Below are positions 52,860 to 60,336 of a stretch of DNA of 64,000 nucleotides, in pieces. Made by a program: the position numbers and the translations under genes. The stretch is taken from positions 7,578 through 71,577 of the forward strand of contig CAKTVV010000012.1 in assembly GCA_934630515.1 (NCBI GenBank), written 5' to 3'. The stretch comes from an uncultured Eubacteriales bacterium. Its GTDB lineage: Bacteria > Bacillota > Clostridia > Oscillospirales > Acutalibacteraceae. Below the pieces are notes generated by a model. It saw nothing but the letters and a program-made list of their open reading frames with translations. It made no database searches and was not told the DNA's origin. Numbering within the stretch: the first letter of the stretch is position 1; each line of letters begins with the position of its first letter.

Positions 52860-53675
52860 TCAGTACAGGCTCCGCAGGTATTCCACGCTCTTGCGGGCGC
52901 ATTCCAGCGGCGACAGCCCCATGCTGGGGCGATCCTGCTCCACCACCAGCCACTGGGTGCCGGCATCCTCCGCCGCCGCTAGGATCTCCGGAATATTCTG
53001 CAATCCGCAGCCCACCGGCCGCAGCTCAAACTCCCGTTCCACCTCGTCCCGCCGGTCGGCAGGGGTCGCCCGCAGGGCATACGCCACATCGTTGCGGCGC
53101 CCCACGAAATCCTTCAGGTGCAGCACCGGCACCCGCCCGGCATAACGGCGGATATAGTCCGCCGGATTCTCGCCGCCTACATTCACCCAGCAGACATCCA
53201 GCTGGGCGTCCAGCAGCGCCGCCGGTACCTCCCGGTAGATCCGATCCAGTGCATACTCTCCGTCGATGCGCTCAAATTCGTAGTCGTGGTTATGATACGC
53301 CAGCCGGATACCGCAGGCTTGGGCGCAGGCGCCCAGCTTTTTCAGCCCCTCGATCGCCTCGTCAATCCGCCCGCTTGCCGGACGCAGCTCCGGCGGCAGG
53401 GTGGCGCTGGCAATGTGAGGGCAGCCCAGCAGCCGGTAATCCTGCCACACCGCCGGATCGTCCATCATCTGGGCATAGGTCACATGCGCCGAGATGGGGG
53501 TCAGCCCCAGCCGGTCGCACAGCTGCTTGACCTCGCCGCCGCTGCGCCCGAACAGCCCTGCAAATTCCACGCCGTCGTAGCCCAGCTCCCGCACCTGCCG
53601 CAGAGTGCCTTCAAAATCCGCTTCCATTTCGTCCCGCACCGAAAACAGCTGCAGGGCAATGGGAAATTGCTTCAT
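52860..53675 (-). CDS. sugar phosphate isomerase/epimerase (xylose isomerase-like TIM barrel)
   Basis: IALQLFSVRDE...LGYDGVEFAG...ISAHV pattern. [13 protein letters not shown]. Confidence 0.85.
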   Translation of the reverse strand: MKQFPIALQLFSVRDEMEADFEGTLRQVRELGYDGVEFAGLFGRSGGEVKQLCDRLGLTPISAHVTYAQMMDDPAVWQDYRLLGCPHIASATLPPELRPASGRIDEAIEGLKKLGACAQACGIRLAYHNHDYEFERIDGEYALDRIYREVPAALLDAQLDVCWVNVGGENPADYIRRYAGRVPVLHLKDFVGRRNDVAYALRATPADRRDEVEREFELRPVGCGLQNIPEILAAAEDAGTQWLVVEQDRPSMGLSPLECARKSVEYLRSLY

Positions 53676-53764
53676 AATTTTCTCCCTTCCCGGTCGTCCC
53701 GTAGTGGACGTACCCGTTTCATGCTCTGGCTATATCTGCCAATTTCTTCAATTTTCACAATGTT

Positions 53765-53793
53765 ATTATAATTCTTTTGTACATTTGTATCAA
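53765..53793 (-). promoter_or_regulatory. near-consensus sigma-A promoter heading the 30-kb block
   Basis: The minus strand reads TTGATA (plus 53788-53793), a 17-nt spacer, then TATAAT (plus 53765-53770). It sits in an AT-rich stretch about 90 nt upstream of ATG 53675. Confidence 0.6.
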
Positions 53794-53902
53794 TGTGCCT
53801 TTTTTATATCTTTGTTTAGTTTTCTCTGATTGGAAGTAAAAAAAGCACAGGCGACGAAAGTTAGGCATCCCGACCAAAGCGGAATCTGCCGGCTGCGGCA
53901 CT

Positions 53903-53936
53903 AAAATGAGCCTGCGGAAGCAGCTCCGCAGGCTCA
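53903..53936 (-). terminator. terminator-like hairpin
   Basis: 12-bp stem TGAGCCTGCGGA / TCCGCAGGCTCA, followed on the minus strand by TTTT. Confidence 0.5.
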
Positions 53937-53980
53937 TGGACGCACCGGACATCGAACCGCTCCGTCCGATCCGGTCTCTG

Positions 53981-54022
53981 CACAAATATAAGCCCGCCAC
54001 CGGGCGCATCCGATGGCGGGCT
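53981..54022 (-). terminator. terminator of the SGNH hydrolase gene
   Basis: Stem AGCCCGCCA / TGGCGGGCT (53991-54022), followed on the minus strand by TATATTTGTG. Confidence 0.55.
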
Positions 54023-54030
54023 TACGTCTC

Positions 54031-55494
54031 TTATTTAGCAACGGTCCGGCGGCGGTGCGGCACCAGCACCACCACCGCCGCAGCGATCAGCAGCACACCG
54101 CCGCCCACAGCGAACCAGCCCCACAGCGGAAATCCGCCCGCCGTGGACGGCTCCGTCGGGGCAGATACGGTCAGATCCCCCTCCACCAGCACATACAGGC
54201 TGAAGTGGGTCAGCGCCGCCGTGACCGTTCCGGCAGCCTCATCCAATACCGTGGGCAGCAGCTCCGCCGTCCCCTCCGGGGAAACATACAGCAGCGCCGT
54301 CTTGGCGGGGTCATACTCCGGCGGAATACGGAACACCGCCTTAACGGTGCCGGCGGGCTGGCTGTCGGCGGTGAGGATATACGGGATATACTGTCCCACC
54401 CCCTCATAGGCCGCCAGCGCCCGGTTCACCGCCGTCGATTCGGCTTTGCCGGGCTTCACGGAGATGGATACCTCCACCCCCTCCGGAAAGGTGCCGGACT
54501 CCGCCAGAAGCGTCAGTCCGGATCGTGCCGCCACCTTTTGCTCACCGGTCGTGTCCAGCAGCTCCTGCCGCTGCTCCTCCGACAGAGTGGGGCGGGTCAC
54601 CGGTATCCGGGAGGGCTTTGTGGCGGTGGTCTTATCGGAGCCGGTGGTTCCCGGGGCGGATGCCGCCGTGGTCGAGGTGGTGGGGCGCTTGGTGGTGGTG
54701 GTCGTCGTGGTCGGACGTTTCGTCGTCGTAGTCGTGGTGGTGGTCGTCGAGGCGATATAGTCCGGCACCGGCGTGCCGGAGATCCCGGCATAGACGATGT
54801 CGGCGATCACCTTATGCCCGTTCTCGCCGGGATGCACCCGCAGCCCCTTGGCGGTGTCGATTTCGTCGATGAAATCCGCCTCCGTGTGGGCGAGGGTATA
54901 GGCCTTTGTATACATATACACATCAATGACCGTACCGCCCAGCTCCTGCGCCAGCTGCTTCTGCAGCGGCACGATCTCCCGCTCCAGCGCCGCATACTGG
55001 GAATTGGGCGTATAGGGGGAGGTCAGCACATACAGCTTCAGGTTCGGATTGAGCGCCCGATAGGCTTTGACAATATCGGTATAGCACTCCCGATACAGCG
55101 CCTTGCGGGCGCTCCAGGTGGGAGCGTCATTCGTCCCCAGCATGATGGTGAGGATATCGCAATATTGGATCTTATCCGTTTTGCGGGTGTGGTCAATCCA
55201 GCCCGCCACCGTGTCGCCGTTTCCGACCCGGTTCGAGCCCACCGTGGCGGCACCGCTGATGCCCGCATTGTAGAGGGTCGCCTCCAACCGATCCGCCACC
55301 AGCTTTGGGTAACAATTGGTAAAAGCGGCGGTGTTCCAATTGTCCAGATTCGGAAAATGGATGCCCTCGGTGATGGAATCCCCTACGCATACGAGCTTTT
55401 CCCCGGCAGCAGCCGCCGGAATAGCGGCACACGCCAGAGCGCCCGCCGCTACGATACCGCTCAGCACCACCGCTGCGATCCGCCGTAATTTCAT
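54031..55494 (-). CDS. secreted SGNH/GDSL hydrolase with Thr-rich linker, beta-rich domain and C-terminal TM anchor
   Basis: ACGGAGGAAA RBS. Signal peptide MKLRRIAAVVLSGIVAAGALACAAIPAAAA. Block I is LVCVGDSITEG, with GTNDA and HPGENGH also present. Linker T9KRPT7KRPTTSTT. Tail FPLWGWFAVGGGVLLIAAAVVVLVPHRRRTVAK. Confidence 0.9.
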   Translation of the reverse strand: MKLRRIAAVVLSGIVAAGALACAAIPAAAAGEKLVCVGDSITEGIHFPNLDNWNTAAFTNCYPKLVADRLEATLYNAGISGAATVGSNRVGNGDTVAGWIDHTRKTDKIQYCDILTIMLGTNDAPTWSARKALYRECYTDIVKAYRALNPNLKLYVLTSPYTPNSQYAALEREIVPLQKQLAQELGGTVIDVYMYTKAYTLAHTEADFIDEIDTAKGLRVHPGENGHKVIADIVYAGISGTPVPDYIASTTTTTTTTTKRPTTTTTTTKRPTTSTTAASAPGTTGSDKTTATKPSRIPVTRPTLSEEQRQELLDTTGEQKVAARSGLTLLAESGTFPEGVEVSISVKPGKAESTAVNRALAAYEGVGQYIPYILTADSQPAGTVKAVFRIPPEYDPAKTALLYVSPEGTAELLPTVLDEAAGTVTAALTHFSLYVLVEGDLTVSAPTEPSTAGGFPLWGWFAVGGGVLLIAAAVVVLVPHRRRTVAK

Positions 55495-55534
55495 CGCTGT
55501 TTCCTCCGTTTCGATCGTTGGTATGAATACATTT

Positions 55535-55562
55535 ATTGTACTGACAGAGGGGGCTTTGTCAA
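55535..55562 (-). promoter_or_regulatory. sigma-A-type promoter of the SGNH hydrolase gene
   Basis: The minus strand reads TTGACA (plus 55557-55562), a 16-nt spacer, then TACAAT (plus 55535-55540). Confidence 0.5.
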
Positions 55563-55662
55563 CCGAAAAGCCAAAATGTGCGAAAATACGACAGAAATAC
55601 CACGATTTTGAAAGAAATTCCGCCAGCCGCCGCCCGCTCCAAAAAAATTTGCTGTACACCTC

Positions 55663-55712
55663 TTGACAAGTAACCGTTCGGTCACTATACTGTAGAGTGA
55701 CCGAACGGTTAC
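55663..55712 (+). promoter_or_regulatory. sigma-A-type promoter overlapped by a perfect 17-bp inverted repeat (candidate operator)
   Basis: TTGACA (55663-55668), a 17-nt spacer, then TATACT (55686-55691). The inverted repeat is GTAACCGTTCGGTCACT (55670-55686) and AGTGACCGAACGGTTAC (55696-55712), separated by 9 nt. Confidence 0.55.
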
Positions 55713-55980
55713 CGAGCCATCCAACGTCACCCGAGCCGTCCTATCCGGCTCAAAAAAGGGCAGCGGGCGGATGCTGTCCGGCTGCCGCCGCACACCTGCC
55801 CCAAACACCGCCGCACCACAGCCCGGCACATCCGCCGGAACCGCTCCGCAGCTTCCGCCCGGCATCGCTTTGCCCGCCTGCCAAGACGCCTTGCCGCCGA
55901 AACGGTATATCGCCCGGTCCACTACTATACGCTATGGGGTGTCCGTAACCGACACCCCTGCAGCAAAGGAGAAATACACC

Positions 55981-56607
55981 ATGCACGAGATCAATTGGCA
56001 TATCCGACACGAAAGACCCGAGGAATACCGGACGGTCGAAGCCCTCACCCGGGACGCCTTCTGGAATGTATACCGCCCCGGCTGCTGCGAGCATTATGTG
56101 CTGCACCGCTTTCGGCAGGATCCGGCATTCGTCCCGGAGCTGGATCTGGTTCTGGAGCTGAACGGCACGCTCATCGGGCAGATCATGTATGTCCGCACGC
56201 AGCTGGAACTGGACGGCGGCGGTCAGCTGCCGATCATGACCTTTGGCCCCATCGGCATCGCCCCGGCGTATCAGCGGCAGGGCTTTGGCAAGCGGCTGCT
56301 GGACTATTCCATGGAGCAGGCGGCAGCGCTGGGGGTCGGCGCCCTCGTCATTGAGGGAAATATCCATTTTTACGGCAAGTGCGGCTTTACCCCTGCCAAG
56401 GAGCGGGGCATTCGCTACGCCGACGATCCGGAGGCGGCGTATTTGCTGGTGAAAGAGCTGCAGCCCGGGTATCTGGCAGGAGCAACGGGTCTGTTCCGGG
56501 ATCCGGAGGGATATCGGGTATGCGAACGGGATCCGGAGGGGTTTGCCCGGTATGAGGCCTCCTTTCCTGCCAAGGAAAAGCGCCGCCTGCCGGGACAGCT
56601 GTTTTAA
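55981..56607 (+). CDS. GNAT family N-acetyltransferase
   Basis: AAAGGAG RBS precedes ATG 55981. Acetyl-CoA motif YQRQGFGKRLL. Confidence 0.85.
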   Translation: MHEINWHIRHERPEEYRTVEALTRDAFWNVYRPGCCEHYVLHRFRQDPAFVPELDLVLELNGTLIGQIMYVRTQLELDGGGQLPIMTFGPIGIAPAYQRQGFGKRLLDYSMEQAAALGVGALVIEGNIHFYGKCGFTPAKERGIRYADDPEAAYLLVKELQPGYLAGATGLFRDPEGYRVCERDPEGFARYEASFPAKEKRRLPGQLF

Positions 56608-56693
56608 GACACGCCCGCAGCCTCTGAAAGACAGCGGGCAAGCCGCAGCCGGCAGACATCCCATTTGTGTCTGCCGGGCGGAGATGTAAAACC

Positions 56694-56735
56694 ACCGCAA
56701 GGGGCGGAGACCGAAAAGTCTCCGCCCCTTGCGGT
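56694..56735. other. perfect 18-bp stem-loop
   Basis: Stem ACCGCAAGGGGCGGAGAC / GTCTCCGCCCCTTGCGGT with loop cgaaaa. No clear U tract on either side. A 10-bp hairpin precedes it at 56649-56677. Confidence 0.5.
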
Positions 56736-56872
56736 CTTACCACGCTCTCCGACAGACGATGGTTTCTCTGCCCACGGCTTCTGTGGCTTGAACCCGTGTT
56801 TTTGCTCAATCCGGCGGAAACACACGGGCGATGTGGGGCGGCATCTCGGACACGGAGATTGGCGAATATGCC

Positions 56873-57346
56873 ATGACCGGTGAGTATTGTCCAGAACGAA
56901 TCAATGTTGGAACAGCGCAAAATCCATATTTACTTTCCTTGACAGACTCGGGCGTGCGGATAATCCGCATCAAGAGCAATCAAGAAGTCCCGGATTATTT
57001 CACGGAGTTGAGCCCGAAATCTTCTGACGAAAATTTGCAGCATTCTTCTGCATCGGGTATTTTCAAATATGAAGATGTGTATTGGGGAATTCATTCAAGG
57101 CCAAACGACGATCGCTATACAAAGAGTTTTAGAGAATCTAAGATTCTTCACCCCCGGCATCCGTTTGCTGAAAAAGATAGGATTGAACTGTATCCGCTGC
57201 AGCTTCAACCCGGTGATGCTGCAGAAAAATGGATTTTCTATACCAACGCATTGCGGGATCTCCCAATTCAGTACAATCAGTTGACGGTTCTTCCTCTACC
57301 GCTTCATCTGGCAAAAGGACTCGAAAAATACCTTTTCAATTCATAA
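56873..57346 (+). CDS. hypothetical protein (visibly AT-richer ORF)
   Basis: A 171-codon open frame (track 56831..57346) with natural-looking composition but no convincing RBS. The start is uncertain (GTG 56831 or ATG 56873). Confidence 0.4.
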   Translation: MTGEYCPERINVGTAQNPYLLSLTDSGVRIIRIKSNQEVPDYFTELSPKSSDENLQHSSASGIFKYEDVYWGIHSRPNDDRYTKSFRESKILHPRHPFAEKDRIELYPLQLQPGDAAEKWIFYTNALRDLPIQYNQLTVLPLPLHLAKGLEKYLFNS

Positions 57347-57709
57347 AAGGATCGTAAAAACAGGTTGCCAAAACGGCACAAAAATAGTCAAGCTACTGAA
57401 ATCGCCTTGATACGCATAGTGCGATGAGCTTGCCGTCCTCCCGGACCATATCGACCTTTTTTCCGCCCTTCAGACACAAGTCAAGAACATACCCATTTTC
57501 CATACCGGAGGCAACGCCGGCAGAAGCTTAATGAGGTGATTATTCAGACAACCGCCGCAGATTTTCCTGTGGCGGTTGCTCGTTTGGCGTTCAGATTTCG
57601 CACCGCCGTAAACAAAGAAAAGGAATTTTCAGTCCACATTTGTTTATGTTTATGTGGTCGGGAAAATATGATTTCTCAAAAAGTGGCGGTGAAACACCTA
57701 AAACAGCAT

Positions 57710-57750
57710 AAAAAATGACCGAAAGTGGAGAATAAACTCTGCTTTCGGTC
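57710..57750 (-). terminator. terminator downstream of tRNA-Pro
   Basis: Stem GACCGAAAG / CTTTCGGTC (57717-57750), followed on the minus strand by a T-rich run. Confidence 0.55.
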
Positions 57751-57757
57751 AAAATTT

Positions 57758-57834
57758 TGGTCGAGGTGACAGGATTTGAACCTGCGACTTCTACGTCCCG
57801 AACGTAGCGCTCTACCAAACTGAGCCACACCTCG
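57758..57834 (-). tRNA. tRNA-Pro (anticodon CGG), CCA encoded
   Basis: The minus strand reads CGAGGTG-TG-GCTC-AGTTTGGTA-GAGC-G-CTACG-TTCGGGA-CGTAG-AAGTC-GCAGG-TTCAAAT-CCTGT-CACCTCG-A-CCA. It folds by hand into a full 77-nt cloverleaf. Confidence 0.9.
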
Positions 57835-57952
57835 TCCTATTCCATGCCACTTCATCAGCAGCCTTGTTATTATAGTACAACTGCCGGTGTTTGTCAATCG
57901 ATTTTTTGCATTTTCTCAAAAAATCCAGCGTCATTCACACACGGCACCCCGC

Positions 57953-58543
57953 TCAAAACAGGCTGCGGGCGGTGGTGCCGTGGTCGTCATTCAGCGGAAA
58001 CGTCTTATAGGTGCGCCCCTCCAGCGTCACCCAACGGAATTCGCCATCCTCCAGCAGCATATAGCTTCGGGGCGACTCCTCCTTGGGCAGCGTGACCGAG
58101 CCGGGATTCAGATACCACCAGCCGCCGGGATGGTGCAGACAGGCAGGCACATGGGTATGCCCATGGAGCAGCACATCCCCCCGGGACAGCCGGGGCGGGT
58201 TTTCCGTATTATACAAATGTCCATGAGTCAGAAACAGCCGATGCCCGTCCACCGGCAGCAGCGCATAATCCGCCATCATGGGAAACTGCAGCAGCATCTG
58301 ATCCACCTCGGCGTCGCAGTTGCCCCGCACCGCCACGATTTTGTCCGCCAGCGGATTGAGCAGCGCCACCACCTCCTTGGGATCATAGCCCTGAGGCAGC
58401 GGATTGCGGGGTCCGTGGTACAGCAGATCCCCCAGCAGGATCAGCAGCTCCGCTCCGGACTGCCGGTACGCATCCAGCAGCTGCCGGGTGTACAGCGCCG
58501 ACCCATGCAGGTCGGAGGCAATCATATAGCAGGTATGTCTCAT
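57953..58543 (-). CDS. yfcE: YfcE-type phosphodiesterase (MJ0936 family metallophosphoesterase)
   Basis: It aligns over most of its length with E. coli YfcE (SDLHGS, LGDLLYHGPRNPLP.GY, VRGNCDAEVDQMLL, LTHGH, HGHTH). Confidence 0.85.
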   Translation of the reverse strand: MRHTCYMIASDLHGSALYTRQLLDAYRQSGAELLILLGDLLYHGPRNPLPQGYDPKEVVALLNPLADKIVAVRGNCDAEVDQMLLQFPMMADYALLPVDGHRLFLTHGHLYNTENPPRLSRGDVLLHGHTHVPACLHHPGGWWYLNPGSVTLPKEESPRSYMLLEDGEFRWVTLEGRTYKTFPLNDDHGTTARSLF

Positions 58544-58592
58544 GGTTTGTCATCCTTTCTGTCCATTTTACCGTAAGCTGCATATAGTGATA

Positions 58593-59057
58593 CTACCGGG
58601 ACAGGGTCGCCGTCCCGGTCAGAATGCCTGCCGGCGTAATGTCCACATAGCCATAGCTTTCTCCATACCCCAGACTGCCGGGGTTGAGAAAGTACATCCC
58701 ATCCTCATACGCTTCATAAGGCGCATGGGTATGCCCGAACAGCACCACATCCGCCTGCCGCTCCTTGGCCGTCAGCTGCAGCTTATACAAATCGTATTTT
58801 ACTCCATATTTATGCCCGTGAGTTATGAAAAACCGCTTGCCGCCCAGCAGCTCCACCCGGGTGGCGGGCAGCGAGCTGCTCCAATCGCAGTTCCCCGGCA
58901 CCATAAGGAATTGCCGCCGGGGCTCCCGGGCGGCAGCGTCCTCGACCTCCCGCAGCCCATCTCCCAGAAAGATCACATCCGCCGCCGGGTGCAGCGCCAA
59001 CACCCGCTCCAACGCCCCGGTCTGTCCGTGTACATCCGATATCACCAGCCAGCGCAT
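58593..59057 (-). CDS. MJ0936/YfcE family metallophosphoesterase
   Basis: ISDVHG, LGDG, PGNCD, ITHGH and FGHTH motifs. GGGGAG RBS precedes ATG 59057. Confidence 0.85.
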   Translation of the reverse strand: MRWLVISDVHGQTGALERVLALHPAADVIFLGDGLREVEDAAAREPRRQFLMVPGNCDWSSSLPATRVELLGGKRFFITHGHKYGVKYDLYKLQLTAKERQADVVLFGHTHAPYEAYEDGMYFLNPGSLGYGESYGYVDITPAGILTGTATLSR

Positions 59058-59147
59058 CCGATCACGCTCCCCGTGCATAAACTGCCGTTTCTCTCATACA
59101 TATCCAGTATACCACACAAATTGGATTTCGGAAAGGGGTAACAGACA

Positions 59148-59414
59148 ATGGCACAGGAATTTTCTGCATCGCAGCTGGAGAAGCTGCTGGAATACGCCAG
59201 CGACCGGCTGCACACCACCCCCGAGGCGCTGAAAACCGCCTTTCAGCAGAACGGGCTGTACGGACTGTCCCAGACGGCGGGTGCCGAGGGGAATCTGCCG
59301 CCGGAGGTTGCCGCCAAGGCGCAGGCGCTGCTGCAGGATAAGGAAAAAGCGGCGGCGCTGCTGGACAGTCCGGAGGTGCAGCAGCTGCTGCGGCAGCTGG
59401 GAGGAAACCCATGA
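59148..59414 (+). CDS. small hypothetical protein (88 aa)
   Basis: First of three overlapping same-strand ORFs. Its stop overlaps the next start (ATGA). Confidence 0.55.
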   Translation: MAQEFSASQLEKLLEYASDRLHTTPEALKTAFQQNGLYGLSQTAGAEGNLPPEVAAKAQALLQDKEKAAALLDSPEVQQLLRQLGGNP

Positions 59415-59863
59415 CCGCCCCCGCCGGGGACGATATGGGCGAAAAGATCGCCCGGCTGCTATCCTCGCCGGAGGGCATGGCGAAGATTCGCTCCGCTATG
59501 GCCGCTTTCGGCGGCGGAGACGTGCCCCTACCGCCGTCCCCCGCCGCAGCCGCAGCCGAAAGCACCGCCCCCGCTGCCGAGCCATCAAGCCCGGCGAGCC
59601 CCCAGCCGGAGCCCCCGGCAGCGGGCGGACTGCCGGATGCAGCAGCCCTGACCCGGCTGCTGCCCCTGTTGGGGTCTCTTAACAAGGACGACGACGACAC
59701 CCGGCTCTTACAGGCGCTGCGCCCCTATCTGCACGGGGAGCGGGAGCAGCGGCTGGACGAAGCGGTGAAGCTGCTGCGGCTGAGCCATCTGCTGCCACTG
59801 CTGCAGACGCAGGGGCTTTTCGGCGGCAAACCGGCGGAGGGAGGCGGTGCAGCCCATGGCTGA
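59411..59863 (+). CDS. hypothetical protein (150 aa, Ala/Pro-rich centre)
   Basis: ATGA-coupled to the previous ORF. The helical ends look natural (MGEKIARLLSSPEGMAKIRSAM, LRPYLHGEREQRLDEAVKLLRLSHLLPLL). Confidence 0.55.
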   Translation: MTAPAGDDMGEKIARLLSSPEGMAKIRSAMAAFGGGDVPLPPSPAAAAAESTAPAAEPSSPASPQPEPPAAGGLPDAAALTRLLPLLGSLNKDDDDTRLLQALRPYLHGEREQRLDEAVKLLRLSHLLPLLQTQGLFGGKPAEGGGAAHG

Positions 59864-60257
59864 GGATCTGCGCTTTATGCAGCGGGAGGCGGCACGGCGG
59901 GTGCGCCAGACCCAGGAGCACAACCGGCAGGTATTCGAGCAATACAGCGGTCATCCGGCGGAGGGACCGGCGGGTGGAAGCTCCGGTTTAACGCCGCCGC
60001 CCCTGTATGGCTCCGCCCGTCCGATGTCGCCCCTGTATGCGGATACGCCCCGCCCGGCACCATCTCTGTATGAGCGGCCGCCGATGCCCCCGCACGGCAA
60101 TCGGCCCACCGCCCCCTCACGTCCGCCCTCGCCGCCCGCATCGTCGCCGTCCGGGCTGGACGGAGAACAATGGCTGCTGCTGGGACTGGCGCTGCTGCTG
60201 TTCCGCAGCGGGTGCCGGGCGGAGCTGGTGGTGGCGCTGCTGTATCTGGCGATGTAA
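59856..60257 (+). CDS. hypothetical Pro-rich protein with a C-terminal hydrophobic helix
   Basis: ATG 59856 lies 8 nt after GAGGCGG and overlaps the upstream stop. The sequence runs MAEDLRFMQREAARRVRQ... then a Pro-rich region, then EQWLLLGLALLLFRSGCRAELVVALLYLAM. Confidence 0.55.
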   Translation: MAEDLRFMQREAARRVRQTQEHNRQVFEQYSGHPAEGPAGGSSGLTPPPLYGSARPMSPLYADTPRPAPSLYERPPMPPHGNRPTAPSRPPSPPASSPSGLDGEQWLLLGLALLLFRSGCRAELVVALLYLAM

Positions 60258-60303
60258 CAAGATCAAACCGCCCGGAGACGTTCTCCGGGCGGTTCGCTGC
60301 GCT
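60147..60303 (+). repeat. direct repeat copy 1 (3' end of the 59856 gene plus terminator hairpin 60266-60294)
   Basis: It matches 61672-61783 apart from point differences and a 45-nt in-frame segment present only in this copy. Confidence 0.8.
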
Positions 60304-60336
60304 GGGAGCAAAAAAGCGTCCTTGGCCAAATGAAGT

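Noticed and set aside
53937-53990. A tRNA-like 3' fragment on the minus strand (GGAGCGGTTCGATGTCCGGTGCGTCCA) between two terminator hairpins. It could be a tRNA or tmRNA gene, or an att remnant.
   Set aside because: It has a GGTTCGA T-loop-like core, but I cannot fold a T stem of more than 3-4 bp. No D arm, anticodon arm or acceptor partner lies upstream, and it is far too short for tmRNA. A decayed att site remains possible but unsupported.
55771-55980. A 70-codon N-terminal extension of the GNAT gene (track ORF start 55771).
   Set aside because: The extension is a Pro/Ala-rich low-complexity string. ATG 55981 has an AAAGGAG RBS at ideal spacing and gives a normal-length GNAT protein.
57393-57503. 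A 36-codon minus-strand ORF (MENGYVLDLCLKGGKKVDMVREDGKLIALCVSRRFQ), possibly a small toxin/antitoxin-like peptide.
   Set aside because: The sequence upstream of its ATG is CCTCCGG, which is the complement of an SD rather than an SD. There is no promoter-like sequence and no family I recognise.
59062-59700. A 212-aa minus-strand ORF antisense to the small-ORF trio.
   Set aside because: It is extremely Ala/Pro/Gly/Ser-rich, with no RBS or recognisable domain. The plus-strand ORFs show ATGA-type coupling and RBSs. This is the least certain strand call in the window.
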